From: Octopus vulgaris
Taxonomy: Eukaryota
DNA: 64,000 nucleotides
NCBI GenBank assembly: GCA_951406725.2
Contig: OX597822.1
Coordinates: 15,066,001-15,130,000 of the forward strand
Direction of reading: 5' to 3'
Made by a program: the position numbers and the translations under genes. Below the pieces are notes generated by a model. It saw only the letters and a program-made list of their open reading frames with translations. It was not told the DNA's origin and did no database searches. Positions 39,724 to 53,806 of this stretch are shown here, piece after piece. Each line of letters opens with the position of its first letter. Positions within the stretch are counted from its first letter, which is position 1.

Positions 39724-40359
39724 AGATATACATTTCGCTGGTATAAATAATAATTTCGTGTGTTCAGGGGAGAGAACAAAAAAAAAATGAGTGAATTAAA
39801 TGTTCGTGATAAGACCATCCCGTTTTATTTGTGTGAATGATTTTGCATTTGGGTTGGTACTCTATAATATTTTATGTGATCAGTATGGCAGATCCTTTAC
39901 ACGACTGAGCTAAAAGCACATTTGTTTGTTTCACATAGAATTATTCACTAATTAATTGTTGCAATCAGAAAGGTCTCACACACAGTCGGTTGATTGCTGA
40001 ATTAGTGATGCTAAATAAAAATAAATAAAAACATGAAACGGATTCCAAGTAATACAGAGACGGCGCTAAAGGTTCACGTTCGAATTCTGTAACCCAGTAA
40101 TTGGGGCTGAAACAACTGGATAATCCACAGCAAATAATGAAAATCTACACCGTTTCTCTAACACTGGATTGAAACTTCATTTTAATTTCGAATTTTGTAT
40201 TATCAATTCAGCGTAAGATTTATGGAATAACTTTATAGTGGCACACCAATGTAGGTGAATGCCAGAAAAATATTGAAATTCATTTCCCTCGTGTCAAATG
40301 TAGTTATTCAAGAGAAGATGATACTAGCTTACGGAGACTATCCAGAATGATCAAAGAGG

Positions 40360-40963
40360 TAGAAAGAGCACACAGAGAGCGCAAACCTCCGCCAAAGCAA
40401 CACCAACGTCCTCTCATCGATTAGCCAAATCGAAAATATCAGGAACGACTTTTAGAATATCTGTAATAAACTCAACTGCTCTCACAAATGAGAATACTAA
40501 AAATGAACCCGCCCGATCTCATAAAATTAAATAAAAATAAACGGAAAAATAGTCCAGAATCAATGTCCGGTACATGATCGATCCCGAAGGTAGTCATGGA
40601 ATGTGAAGGTGGCTGTAGAAAATTTAGTAACAGTAATAAATAGTTTATTCTCATCTAATACAAGCCATAATTAACAAATTAACCATTCAAAATAGTAACA
40701 GCTTAAAGGGAGATAATTAAGAAAGACTTGAAAGTTAACGTAAGATCGTAATCATGCAAAGTAAAGTAAATATAACAAATAATCCAGAATTCTTGTCCGG
40801 TATCGGATCGATCCGAAAATCTAATCAGTTCGTGACAGTCAGGAAGCCAAGCATCCCTGAATGTTTCATCCGAATCTATCCAGCATTTCTGAGATATGTT
40901 GTCCACGTACAAACAAACAAACATCTGAAAGCAATACCCCCGCCTTAGCGAAGGCGGGGTAAC
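40360..40963 (+). mobile_element. Non-autonomous Helentron-associated (HINE/DINE-1/Pearl-like) element
   Basis: 5' AAGAGCACACAGAGAGCGCAAACCTCCGCCAA, two internal core copies (TCCAGAAT...TGTCCGGTA...GATCGATCC at ~40553 and ~40783), (ACAA)n, and a 3' hairpin CCCCGCCTT-AGCG-AAGGCGGGG. Confidence 0.75.
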
Positions 40964-42483
40964 AAGAAAACTAATAGAGGATAAAGAATAAAATGGGTTG
41001 GATATTAGCGTTATTTCTAATACACAAGGCGAGATCCAAGCTCTCTGTTTATCATCAATTATGTCATTTATTATCTTGAATACTTTATTCATTAAACATC
41101 AGACGAATCTCCGACGTCATACTTTTAATTGTGTATATTATTTCAGACTACATCCGACAACATTCATTATCTTCCGCCAAAATGCTTGGTATTTTCCTGT
41201 GCATTTTTTCTATATGACTTACTGATTCGGAACTGAAAATAAGTGTTTATGTCTGATGCATAATATATGTAACAGAGGATGCTTACTTTTGTATCTTTAA
41301 TGTAGAACATAATGTTGTACACCATCAGAAATGTTTTGATAACGAAAGTGAAAGAACGTATATTTAAGAAGTTTGAGTATGACTAGAAGCAAAAATACGT
41401 ATTGGAGGCTATTACATAGGGTTATAAAGAATGATTGATGAATGTGAATCATTTGGTGGCCGCAGGAAATGAACATCGAGCTGCAGATGAAAAATTTCAA
41501 TTTAAAATCACGTACTTGGTAAATATCTTTGTCACATTTTACGATTGTTTCTGTGTGTGTAAAATAAATTCGTGTAAATTGCAAGCTGAATATAAACGCA
41601 CACAATCTGCTACACACAGAGCAAGAACACCGCACACATTTATATAGATGAATATATATATATACACACACATACAAGTATGTAGATATATACATACACA
41701 TTTATCTTTGTTTGTATACACACACGCACACATAAACGCATACATATGTATGTACTTCTACATACCTATGAAACTGTATATGATATATACTGAAGTATAC
41801 AAAAATAACCGTATGTAATAGTATATATATTTAAATAGGTTTACAATAGATGTGTATATATTACATATATAAATATATATTATATACTTATTACAATGTA
41901 TACATGCATGCATCCATAATATATATATACATATATACGCGTGTGTATATGTGTGTTTGTCTGTGTGTGTGTGTGTTTGTGTGTGTGTGTAGACACGCAC
42001 ATATATACATACCGATAATTTATCATTTGTTAACACAACACCAATTCGTATATATATGTAAGCGCTGCTTTCCTCTTCCCTTTTCCCCTCATATATTATG
42101 ATGGTATTTTGATGAATTAACATCGGTCAAAATGTCAAGTATACTTAGATCATTTACTGTAGAATTTCAAGAAAATATTACTTTTTTTTCTCTAATACCA
42201 AAATAGAATCAGTAACACTAATTTGAATAACTTGAAGCAGGTTTATATTGAAACTTTTATAGCTTTTATATATCTGTATTTGTTTTGTTTTGTTCATTAT
42301 ACTTTGGAATTTGTGAGATTAGCATCGATGGTTACAGGTATCCAATGATATAATCAGTGACTTACTGTGTACAAGATGGTGCCAGTTAAAGTTGTTCGCC
42401 AGTAACTTGATAGATCTCACTGAGTTTGTTTTTATGTATGTTTCGTGGATATATAAACATCAATATATGTACCAATGAGTAAT

Positions 42484-42505
42484 GCTCTCTCTCTCTGTTT
42501 ATCCT

Positions 42506-42559
<54 letters not shown>

Positions 42560-42563
42560 TCCA

Positions 42564-42598
<35 letters not shown>

Positions 42599-42615
42599 TT
42601 CTCTCTCTCTCTTTC
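42484..42615. repeat. (CT)n microsatellite
   Basis: Direct inspection. Confidence 0.95.
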
Positions 42616-43057
42616 TTACCTGCACACGTTCACATTCATATACACAGATTTCAGTTGGTGATTCTGTTCGAACAAGAAGTAAACGAAAATATAGTATTCT
42701 GTACACGGAGCAGAGGATTTGTATATTTATTTATTAAGTAATACTTAAAGGGTATCGCATTCCTTCCGAATTACTCTTATAAATTTGGCTGTGCTTCCAT
42801 CAAGCAAATCCTGTTAATGTAAAGATTGTTTGCCAACATATCATGGCAGTACTGGTTTAGGACAAATGTTGCTGTAATTTAGCCCCAGGAGACATCGTCT
42901 CGAGCTGGCTATACGACACCATCTGCGTTCTTTTATGTTGGCAAATAATCTTTACTCCAAAGTACTGTCGCTGAATATCTCTCGCTGTGAGATTTATAAA
43001 TAGTAACTTTCCAAATCCTGTTAATGTTCTGAACACACCACACGCACACGCATCGCG

Positions 43058-43106
<49 letters not shown>

Positions 43107-43107
43107 G

Positions 43108-43167
<60 letters not shown>

Positions 43168-43922
43168 GGTATGTGCATCGAGATTTTTCAGATATTTTCT
43201 TTTCCAAATTTCCCGCTTAAACGATTTGAAAATATGGAAGAAGGTAGTTGTCTTTACCCAGCAGCTGTTTCGCTGTCCGCTATTTAGTTTATAGAGAAGT
43301 AAGGAAAACCAGTTTTCTGCGGAGACACATATAACAGAACAAGTTTGAAGATTCATACTGGTGAAACATAAAAGTTCAAAAGTCTTGCAACAGATAAACC
43401 ATGGTAGCCGACTTTTGTGTTAAACTGTAAGAGTTTGTTCAGGAGAAAGTCAGTAATAGGTTATTGAATTCAGCATTATGGAACTACGTAAATGAATAAA
43501 AATATACAGTTTTACTATCATAGTCTCTTGTTTAAAAGCGTAATTACTGCAATTTATTAGATTTAGTATTATAGCAAATAAATTCCGTCGAAAGGGAGTA
43601 ACACACTTCAGTTGGAGTCTATTATGAAGTGAGTTTGTTTTACACAAAGTGAATCCTAATTGCATTACGAAATATGGTTTAAAAATTAACATGGAAATAA
43701 GTTGTATCTTTTGAGAGTGTTCGTGAACATATAATAACAAATATATATTTTCATATGTAGCTGACATTATAAATTGAGTTTATTTGCCAATTATCTTTCA
43801 GTCTTGACATCGTTCCTTATGGGAATCTGTATCGGGGAAATGTAATTACTGTGTTACTGATATTTTCTGTCTACTTAGTATAGCAACTAACAAATAAATG
43901 ATATTTCTTGAAATTAAATTTT

Positions 43923-43990
<68 letters not shown>

Positions 43991-44539
43991 ATACCTATAT
44001 ATATATATATATATAAACAGCAGTGAAAGAGGAGAAATAGTTGTTTGTTTGAAAATGACATTGTTGATGTATATGTATATACAATTTCCCATGTCTATAT
44101 AAACAGATCCAATCAGTTTATAAACAGCTTCCAAGAAGCTTTTATATAAATTTAGAAAACAAGAAACGCTTTGGGACATACTCCAAGGAAAGTAGTAAAC
44201 GTTAATAATATAAAACAGATATTTTCAGTTATTAAAAAAACGGGTGGGTTTTGTTATAAACACCCAAAACATTGAAGAGATAAATTGCTGGCATTCTCTG
44301 ACTACCTTAATTTTCTCTCATATTGCCTTCGTGACAGAAGCATGTAACAGGTGGTAACATCCTTAAAAAAAGAAAAAGAATAACAAAAAGAAAATGTAAG
44401 GCTTTTTTCATCTATTATTGCAGTAAATTGCGCGGAAACAGGATTGTTTCTCCATCACTTAGCTCTGCATTTAAACCTACTTTTGAGTCGGCTAATTCCC
44501 AGTGAATATTTCAAAGAAACCGTGAAATTATTATTCATT

Positions 44540-44712
<173 letters not shown>

Positions 44713-44783
44713 CTCTCTGTCTCTCTGTATCTCTGTCTGTCTGTGTATGTATTTAACTGTATAGTCATATCTATCTACGCTTG

Positions 44784-44897
<114 letters not shown>

Positions 44898-45395
44898 TAT
44901 GGCTGCCCCCTCGTTATCGAGTATGGCCATTGCACGAAGCTTAACTGTTACTGGTGCTGTGATCGAATGTGACATTTTAGCCCAGCTAAAGATCTACAAT
45001 GTCTTGCACAAAATTGGCAACTAAAACCTTTACTGGTAATAGCCGGTTGTAGTTGTAACTGGGCTTCATGTACCTTTGCATGTCGTTTAAGACCTCCTGC
45101 CGAATTACACTCTCTTCCACATGCTCGATAGATATGATTAGTATGGTGTGTTATACCACCTCCAGTGGCCAGGTTGTCACTCATCTGTCCCGTTTTATGA
45201 CTACGAAGATGACTCTTGAGTCCAGCTTTACTGAGGCAGGGCCTTGCACAGACATTGCATGTCAGCATCAAAGGAAGACCCTTCCCTTCTGGAAGTGTAA
45301 CAGCGATGCCCTTCCTGACATCCCTTCTTACTTTCTCATGTGCAACTCGAGATTTCTCAAAAGTGGCTGTCCCCTCATGCACAATCCTTCTCCAT
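44898..45395 (-). mobile_element. RTE-clade LINE 3' fragment with three C2H2 fingers
   Basis: WRRIVHEGTATFEKSR...CNVCARPCLSKAGLKSHLRSH...ACGRECNSAGGLKRHAKVH...CQFCARHCRSLAGLKCHIRSQHQ*, followed by an RTE-type tail. Confidence 0.85.
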
Positions 45396-45421
45396 GCACA
45401 CACGCATACACACACATACAT

Positions 45422-45474
<53 letters not shown>

Positions 45475-45550
45475 TATATGTATGTATATATAGATGTGTG
45501 TGTATATATGTATATGCATGCAGATGTATATATATATATATATAAATATA

Positions 45551-45882
45551 GGCGCAGGGGTGGCTGTGTGGTAAGTAGTTTGCTTACCAACCACATGGTT
45601 CAGGGTTCAGTCCCACTGCGTGGCACCTTGGGCAAGTGTCTTCTACTATAGCCTCGGGCCGACCAAAGCCTTGTGAGTGGATTTGGTAGACGGAAACTGA
45701 AAGAAGCCCGTCGTATATATGTATATATATATATATATATGTCTGTGCCTGTATGTTTGTGTGTCTGTGTTTGTCCCCCTGGCATTGCTTGACAACCGAT
45801 GCTGGTGTGTTTATGTCCCCGTCAGAGATAGAATTTGTACTGGCCGCAGTCAAATGACTGAAACAATTAAAAGAGTAAAAGA
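45551..45882 (+). mobile_element. SINE family A with a deletion in the 3' half
   Basis: GGCGCAGGGGTGGCTGTGTGGTAAG head and AAAAGAGT tail. Confidence 0.9.
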
Positions 45883-46575
45883 GAGAGTGAAGAGGGTATA
45901 TATATATATATATATTTATAATTATATATATACACGCATACATACACACACACATAAATTTTTCATACATATGTATATGCGTGTGGTATGTGTAATTATA
46001 TAATACCATGATTGCATACAGGAGCGTTATGTATCTGAGTTTTAAAACTCAACTTTGTCAGCTGCAATTCGGGAAGATAACTTTGATATAGTAAATCTAC
46101 TTCGTTGTATTCAGAAAAAACTGAACAAGTAAACTCCCAAGTATTTTTCCTTAACTTTTTACCGATAGTAATTGCGCGTTGAGTTTTAGAATTGTTTATA
46201 TAAACAGGAAGTTGCAGCCTCCTTGTAGTGATAAAATTGCTGTTTAAGTAGTAAGACAACATTATCATGAAACTATGCATAATCTAATAACGGTTATATG
46301 CCACGGATTGTATACTCAATTAATTCGATTAAAGTAGATGCCATTTCCGACTAGAGCAATAATAGTTCTTTGTATTTTCATAATGGTGATCTCTGAGGAA
46401 TTTTGAACTCAGGATATAAGACAATGCTAAACATTACTTCGAATATACAGAGGTGGTAAAAATAAGCTTATATTGACAAATAGAAGAAATTATATTGTTA
46501 TTCATGACGTAAATGAAATATAATGAAATTCATTTTATAATAAAATAGGAAACAATTAATATTGGAAGGGTTTGC

Positions 46576-46790
46576 AAGGCGGGGTGAGCTGGCAGAATTG
46601 CTAGCACGCCGGGCAACATGCTTAGCGGCATTTCGTCCGTCTTTGTGTTCTGAGTTCAAATTCAGACGAGGTTGATTTTGTTATTCATGCTTTCGTGGCC
46701 TTTAAAATAAATACCAGCTGAGTACTGGAATCGATTCAATCGACATGTCCCCTCACTTAAAATTGCTGGCCTTGAACCAAAATTTGAAAA
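46576..46790 (+). mobile_element. SINE family B
   Basis: AAGGCGGGGTGAGCTGGCAGAATTG...GAGTTCAAATTC. Confidence 0.85.
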
Positions 46791-46949
46791 CTGTAATAGA
46801 ACTGTTTAGAACGATACATACACAGTGTTCTGGCGAAATCTGACGATTTGTTTGATGTCTCCCAATTTTCAGCTTGATGTAGTGGTTGGACATTCAACGG
46901 CGTTGGAGAGCATAAAGTTTAAAGTTATAGTTGAGAAAAAATGAACTGA

Positions 46950-47560
46950 TGTAGATTACGGAACTCTAATCTGAACAATGGAAAAGTGTTGCCCGTATCA
47001 TGATGATTCGCGGGAATCAAAATGCCGCAGTCCTGACTGGTATTCCATTCTAGGAGAACCTTATAAAGCTATGAAGCGTGACATGAACAACTGCAACAAA
47101 GACTTCGAAGCCGTGGCCAGCAGGAAGGTGCACTGCAGGTGTGATTCGTCCCTGTATGTCTGAACAAGGCCCTAGGATCAATTCAGATGGCTGTGTGAAT
47201 CTGATGGAAATTCTGGTCAATCCCTAGCTGGAGAGGGTTGCTGCTAGAAGACCATAGTTATGGCTACAGGATTCCTTGTCATATCTCCGGAAAGAGGCAG
47301 ATGTAACTGAAAATGCGTATGTCTTCACCAGCCCCAATTCTTGGCCTCATAATTCCTTCGAATCGCATGAATTACTTTCTGTAGAGAGCTTTTGAGAAAG
47401 ACACCAACTGTTCTGCCTGCAACACCAGGACCTAGCTGGTGGTCAAGATAAGGGAGATGTCCAGGGATCTTCTCAGAGACAGCGGAGAACTCATATGTCA
47501 GGATCTGGAGCCGTCTTTAAGCCGTGGTGGAAGTTGACGGCAGCTACTTTGAATATATTC
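46950..47560 (+). mobile_element. Decayed Tc1/mariner-superfamily (maT/DD37D-like) transposase remnant
   Basis: LERVAARRP..WLQDS.CHISGK, SWPHNS...NYFL..FEKDTN..ACNT...LVVKIRE, SRL*AVVEVDGSYFE match QQDSAPCH / WPPSSPDLNPLDY / SRLEAVVEA.G.YFE. Confidence 0.75.
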
Positions 47561-48429
47561 TTATCTCATCCCATCCATTATCTGATAATTTTTGCTTTTT
47601 GAAATTACTTTCATATTCTAGGTGGTGTGTCGTGTTTTCTTTTTCTTTTATACAAACTGCCAAATCTATCCCTAACACCCGGTATATCAATATTACACAG
47701 CTTAATGTTTGTAAGGATGTTTTAACGGAGAAAGAAGTAGCAAACAATAAGATTTGGATAAGTTGAATAAGCGACGATTTATTATTCTCGTTATAAAAAT
47801 AAGATTACCAAAAGAGAATGATGATTATATTACAATCTGGAATAAGGATTTACATGTCTTCAGTTTTGCTGGGTCTGTTGATGTGGCTGTGGTCTGCTGT
47901 CTGATGCGGAAACGATGAAAGCTGGAGAAGGCTGGTTGAAGAGAGCTATGAGACTGGCTGGATTCCTGGTTCATCGATGCTGGTGCCAAGAGACGTGGTG
48001 TGTGTGGTCAATGAATGCTGCCAAAGACCAGGCGAGGCAGAATACAAGTGTTTTTATAAACCTGGGTAGGCTCCAGAGAAAGCGGTCTTTCCCGCGTTGA
48101 AAACAAACTGTTGCAAACATGGCTGGACAGTTAACAAGCGACCAATACATGCACTTACTTTTGCAAGCCACTGGATCATTTAACTCTGGGAAAGAAAAGG
48201 TGTGGTGAACCCATTCTACGGTATTTAAGCTTAAACAGCCAAACATAAAAAAAGCATTATAATGTTTCTAAAATACTAATCTGCCTATGAATTATCAGCA
48301 ATACGATTAGGCAAACTCTGAACGTAAGTTTTTGGCCTTTTTTTCTTGTATTGCAGAGTTATACTTTTTTTTCTAAACCTGTTGTGTATGCTCGTTTTCA
48401 TCCGAAATTCAGGCAACATTTATGTTTTT

Positions 48430-48960
48430 CATATGATAACTCTATGAAATTTTTTTTCTGTTGCTGGAAATATGACGCTGGCCATTCACAGAATAAAGCA
48501 AACGCCTTTAGATTTAATTTAATGTTTGACCCATTTTTCAGGATGTATGTTTTTGGAATATCTTTCAATTAAGCATGTCTATCGGAAAAGCAACTTCAAA
48601 ACCATCCAAGAAAGTGTTTTAGACTTGCAGGCTTTACCTTCAGGCCTTATCTAGATACCTTTTGTTGTCCTTATATAACTGATTCCCATAGCATATACAC
48701 ATAGTCATTGATGAGTCTTACAAATTCATACATAGGTTTGCTCTCTGGTTGTGATGCATAAACAACAAAAGAAGCCTTAGATGCATATTTCTCTACGTCT
48801 GTTTCGTTATTGAGTAGGACTTTGAACTAGTCCGCCGTACTTATTGTTATTTTGTTTCTCCTTTTTTTGTAGGCTTATTTCGGTCATATCCTTTGTTTCT
48901 AGGTTTCTTAGATACAATTTTATTGATATTAGTCACTTTGTTTGGGTTGCGCTGTTAGAG
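48430..48960 (-). mobile_element. Second, more decayed ORF1-like remnant related to 10090-11760
   Basis: KYG..FKVLLNNETDVEKYAS...KPMY...DIPKTYIL...IKLNL, then a frameshifted C-F-x-C-E-W-P-x-H-I-S-S-N knuckle remnant near 48458-48500. Confidence 0.4.
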
Positions 48961-50496
48961 GAAAATACAGATATAGAACAAAGAATATATATCGTAGAAT
49001 TTGTTTCAAGAGTTGAAGTAGGAGTTGGGACCTGGTTTGCTGAAGGATTTGTATCAATTTATCAGATCAAATATTTCTGGATAATTCCGCCATATGAACT
49101 ATGTTCTGGTAATGTCTTTCAGCAAGTGGGGTCATTATTATGTAAACCGAATTTGAGCATTCAGAAGACAATCCTATGCGTTTCAAGAATACCGATGTGC
49201 CTTACTTTATCAGATAAAGTAAGGTTTCATCATACATATAGCGCATGAAATATAAATTGAAGGCGTTATATGCAAATGTCTCGATGATAGTTATCGATAA
49301 TCATTTATTAAACTACATCGCTGTGTTTAGTTTTCTTTTTATTTCAGAAAGCTAACATATCTCAGAGCGCTTCTTATATGAGACTGGATTAAAATCCCCG
49401 CTTTGAATAAAGCTGGCTCGACGTTATGAAATATAGTCTCATCTTAATCATCTTAATAATGCATACAACTGAAGTGGAATGCATAATAAAATTTGCATCA
49501 GTTTACAGGGACCATACTGTTAACTTTATTGCTTTTGCACAGGTAACGGTGATGGGGATGGTGTATTTTGTTGACTAAAACCTGAGAGACGTAAATGAAT
49601 CCATAGGATAACTAGTAAGAAGACTCGATCGGTTCAATGTTCAGGATTATCTGGGAGCTAAACTTTCGATGCCATAAGACTTCTCTTGTGAGCAACCAAA
49701 TGATTAGCTCTTCCTATATAAGTTTATTACTTGTTTCGGGATAAAGCCAAGCAGGCTTGGTACTATCGATTGAAACCAGTATATTACTGGTACTAGGTTC
49801 AAAGGAGGAATAAGAAAAGCAACATCGGTGTGGTAGATTTGACCATTGATTAATCAGAAATTGAAGTAAAATACTATGAATAATTTAGTCTGAACGTAGG
49901 CGTTCCTTAACAATGTATAAACATCACGTAATCATCAATAGCAAACCAGTATTGAGAGATATCAGTAAAGAAACGGTTATGTAACTCATTATGATTGCAG
50001 TCGAAAGCAATCTGAACTTATTGAATGATTTTTTTTCACAAAAGATTACGTTATTAAATAAATGCAACGAAAAATAAATGATAAAGGAAATTGAGATTCT
50101 AAATAAAGCTGAGAGTTCGTGCTTCTTTCACTATTAAAGATTTCTTATGATAACGATCACCAAGTGGGTGTTTTCATATAATATGCGTTAATACCGAATT
50201 GGCACGAAGATCCTCTAATGTTCTCAGACGTACTTACCATTTTCAGTAAATCATTATTCTGTAAAATAAAATCCATCCATGTTTCGCTTTCGTAATAAAA
50301 ATTAGAGATTCTCAAAATTTTGACACAACTGATTTATTTACTTCGTGGTTTTATTAATACTCATATAACCACATTCATCAGAAAGTTCAGGGGTGAGAGT
50401 AAAGAAAGATTAGTTAACACAACAAGGATACTTCACATCTTCAAGTATTAGATATTCATCAGTTTTAAGACCATTCATCCATTTATTTTCCACTCC

Positions 50497-50745
50497 CTAT
50501 TCGTGGGATGTCCGTGGTGGTTGAAGCATCAAAGACCTAATCGATACAATTCTATCAGAAGCAAAAATTATTAAAGTTTCCGGCTCGATTTCCAAGAGTT
50601 GCCAACTGAGAATATCGATCTTATACAACCATCCGGTTCTTGGTCTACTCCGAGGTCTCCTGCCGGCTGAACCGGCTGACAAATCCGTCTTGCGATACCT
50701 TCTTGTAACAATCTAATCACTCTGTAATACCGCAGCTATGACCGC
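50497..50745 (-). mobile_element. RTE-like LINE 3' fragment
   Basis: GRRPRSRPRTGW...LSWQLLEIEPETL...ASDR...LQPPR matches the GRRPRGRPRTRW...LLPPRP terminus. Confidence 0.65.
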
Positions 50746-51274
50746 TTCATGAGGAGAAGCAGTGCCTCAACCCGGAGAAAGACCCCGATTTCCGAGATCC
50801 GTTCTGCGTCTCTAGTCCGCTACAAATAACAGCATCGTGTCTGGCATGTAGAAGGCCACCAAAATCTGCAATATGAAAACGATTTTGAAATAAACACCTA
50901 GTAAATGTGATTATAGTGGGTAGCAGACGGTGCAAAATTTTCGGTCAGGTCTTTTAGAGCAGAGGACATGCATTAGGCGTTGATTTTTCTTTTCTGATTA
51001 AACATATAAAAACTCAAAAATAAAAACAAAGAAAACATGAGTGCAGTTATTCATTTTGCTTGGTTTTATTCTTTTCCATTTTGCCAGTTGTGTTTTCATT
51101 AACAAACATATGACATCCGCACCACTGATTTAAATCAAGTATGACTTACAATCTAACACACTCTGATTCGGTCTGGTGTGAAATTAGGTTATACATTTTG
51201 CTATATATTTCTTGGTCCTCTATACGTGGTCTGATTAATAAGTATTCAGACTGTTGCCATAGTAAAAAAGCTAA

Positions 51275-52207
51275 AGCATCTACGATGTAGCGTATCAGGT
51301 GGAGATTGTCATGGATGCTCCGGCTCGGCACGGTGCACGTTTGCGCCGTGTCGACCAGTTTCTCGATGACAAGCGCCAACCTCTTGGCTAACACCTTGGC
51401 CAAAATGTTCAAGTCTGCATTGAGCAGTGATGGGCCTAAAGTTATCTATAATGCCCCTCTTGTTTAGATCTTTCGTCAGCAGCGTTACGGCTCCTCGACT
51501 CTCAAAACCGGGTATGCTCCCGTTCTGCTGCCAGTTGCAGTACACCGCTGCCAAGATGTCTCCAAAAGATCCGGCGATTTGTCCCTCGAGCATCCTGTCA
51601 TCGCGTCCCTCACTTCCGCTGTCGTGATGGCACCTTCGCAGCTCTCTGCCTCTCTTGCCGAGAGTCGTGGCAGGCTGTGCAGGTCGGCCCTGAAGTCTAC
51701 CCTGCGTTCACGCTCGCCACTCGTTCCGTACAGTCGGGCAAAATGCCGCTGAAATGCCTCGCACATCTTGCTGGGCTCGAGCAATTCGCGCCCTTGTTCG
51801 TCTACCAGAGACCGAATGGTGGCTTTGTTACCGTGCTGCGCCTCTGACACCCGGGCCTCTCACGCGGCTCCAAAACCTTCTATCCTTAGAGCACGCATTC
51901 TAGCCCTGACAGCACACCCTTCGGGTTTGGTGTTGAAGTATTGGTCGAGGGCCAACCTCGCCGCTAAAACGTTGGATGCGATTCCGCTTCTTATTGCCTC
52001 TTCCAACTTTTTAACTAACTCACCCTCTTCTCTGTTGCTATCCACGGCTAGTGTCTTGCTATATCTAATTGCTTCCGCTTTTACTGGTCTCGTGAGGGCG
52101 AACCACCATTTGTTGTTGACGATGGCTCTCGTCAAAGCCCTCTTTAGTAACGTGCTAATTCGGCTTCTGAAAACCTGTCTGGATGGGAAAGAAGCATTTA
52201 GTTTCCA

Positions 52208-52210
<3 letters not shown>
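51275..52210 (-). mobile_element. Tx1/L1-clade LINE ORF2 fragment (post-endonuclease to RT N-terminus), decayed
   Basis: WKLNASF, GCAVRAR, FQRHFARLY, LPRLS..EAESCEGAIT..EV, KSP, NFRPIT, ILAKVLAKRL..VIEKLVDTAQTCTVPSRSIHDNLHLIR. Confidence 0.9.
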
Positions 52211-52238
<28 letters not shown>

Positions 52239-53137
52239 TAGATAGACAGATTTGGAAATTTACCAGACATTTCAGGAATCTTGTTATTTACCATTATGAT
52301 CAGGTTAGATGGCACATATTGCATTTGGTAGAGTGGAAGCTGCTATATACATAGGAAATAGTAACTATAAACTTAATATGGATATATCGAAAAAATATTG
52401 TAGCGTTTTCAATAAAGACGTTAAACAAAAATAGAAAAATTATATACCATATTCTTCGCACTAGTAATTACATTATATCTTATTATAGTTCAAAAATTAA
52501 TTACATTATGAAGTATTACCAAGGCAGGATATAAAAAAAATACAATTAAGTAATATATATTATTAAATTAAAAATACGTAGCAATATATATGCGCGAGAA
52601 ATATGTTAGATATATTTGCGAAGTATAGAAATTTCTAATCAAAGTTACATCTTCTTTCTGTGTTTTAATTTTAATACTTATCTTTATTATTGATCTGTGA
52701 AAGCAGAGTAATTTAATGTGAAATATATGCAAGCATAAAACTTATATTACATTCTTGTTATTTCGGCTGTTATCATACTTTTCGATTATCACCTTCCGCT
52801 TTTATTGATGTGTATTATAACAGTCGTCTTCCTATGACGGATCTCTCTGTCAGTCGTTTCTTTACAAGGATGTAAGTGTGTATAAACACTGAAACATGCA
52901 AATACAGTTATTAAGTGCAAATCGCACACGTCAATCCACAGTAGATACAGTGTATATATATGCACGCACACACACACACACACACAGATATATATATATG
53001 TATGTATATATACAGGAGTAAGCACATAAATGTGAAACAAGGTGGAAAAAATAGTACTCAAATACCAGAGGTGGGGTAATATGCCTTATTTAAAGGCAGA
53101 AATATAACAAAATCTGTTTTAAATAAAGTGAAATATA

Positions 53138-53199
<62 letters not shown>

Positions 53200-53202
53200 T
53201 AT

Positions 53203-53238
<36 letters not shown>

Positions 53239-53462
53239 GTATATATATATACGGAGAATTCACAAAAAAAAAGACACGTTATGTAGACAACAAATAGATG
53301 TATTAGTATAACACTCGGGAAAAAAGTTCAATACCATCGGCATCCGAAACTCGGAGTTTTATCATGGCTACCGAATAATTGTCACATATTAATTTACAGA
53401 TAAATTCCTCTATTTACATAATATCGAGGTCTCTTTCTTTCTTTTGTTGTCTTACCATTTTT

Positions 53463-53505
<43 letters not shown>

Positions 53506-53590
53506 ATATGTGTGTGTATGATGGACTCTCTCTCGCTCTCTCTATATATATATACATACAGACATATGCATATATATATATATATATATA

Positions 53591-53761
53591 GGCGCAGGAG
53601 TGGCTGTGTGGTAAGTAGCTTGCTAACCAACCACATGGTTCCGGGTTCAGTCCCACTGCGTGGCATCTTGGGCAAGTGTCTTCTGCTATAGCCCCGGGCC
53701 GACCAATGCCTTGTGAGTGGATTCGGTAGACGGAAACTGAAAGAAGCCTGTCGTATATATG

Positions 53762-53806
<45 letters not shown>

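Noticed and set aside
47720-48330. LTR-like segment on the minus strand (TATAAAA, AATAAA), and similar sequence at ~18150-18900
   Set aside because: I could not identify termini, a TSD, a primer-binding site or a partner LTR.
53591-53665. tRNA-like A/B boxes in SINE heads
   Set aside because: There is no complete cloverleaf and the sequence continues into the SINE body. These are SINEs, not tRNA genes.
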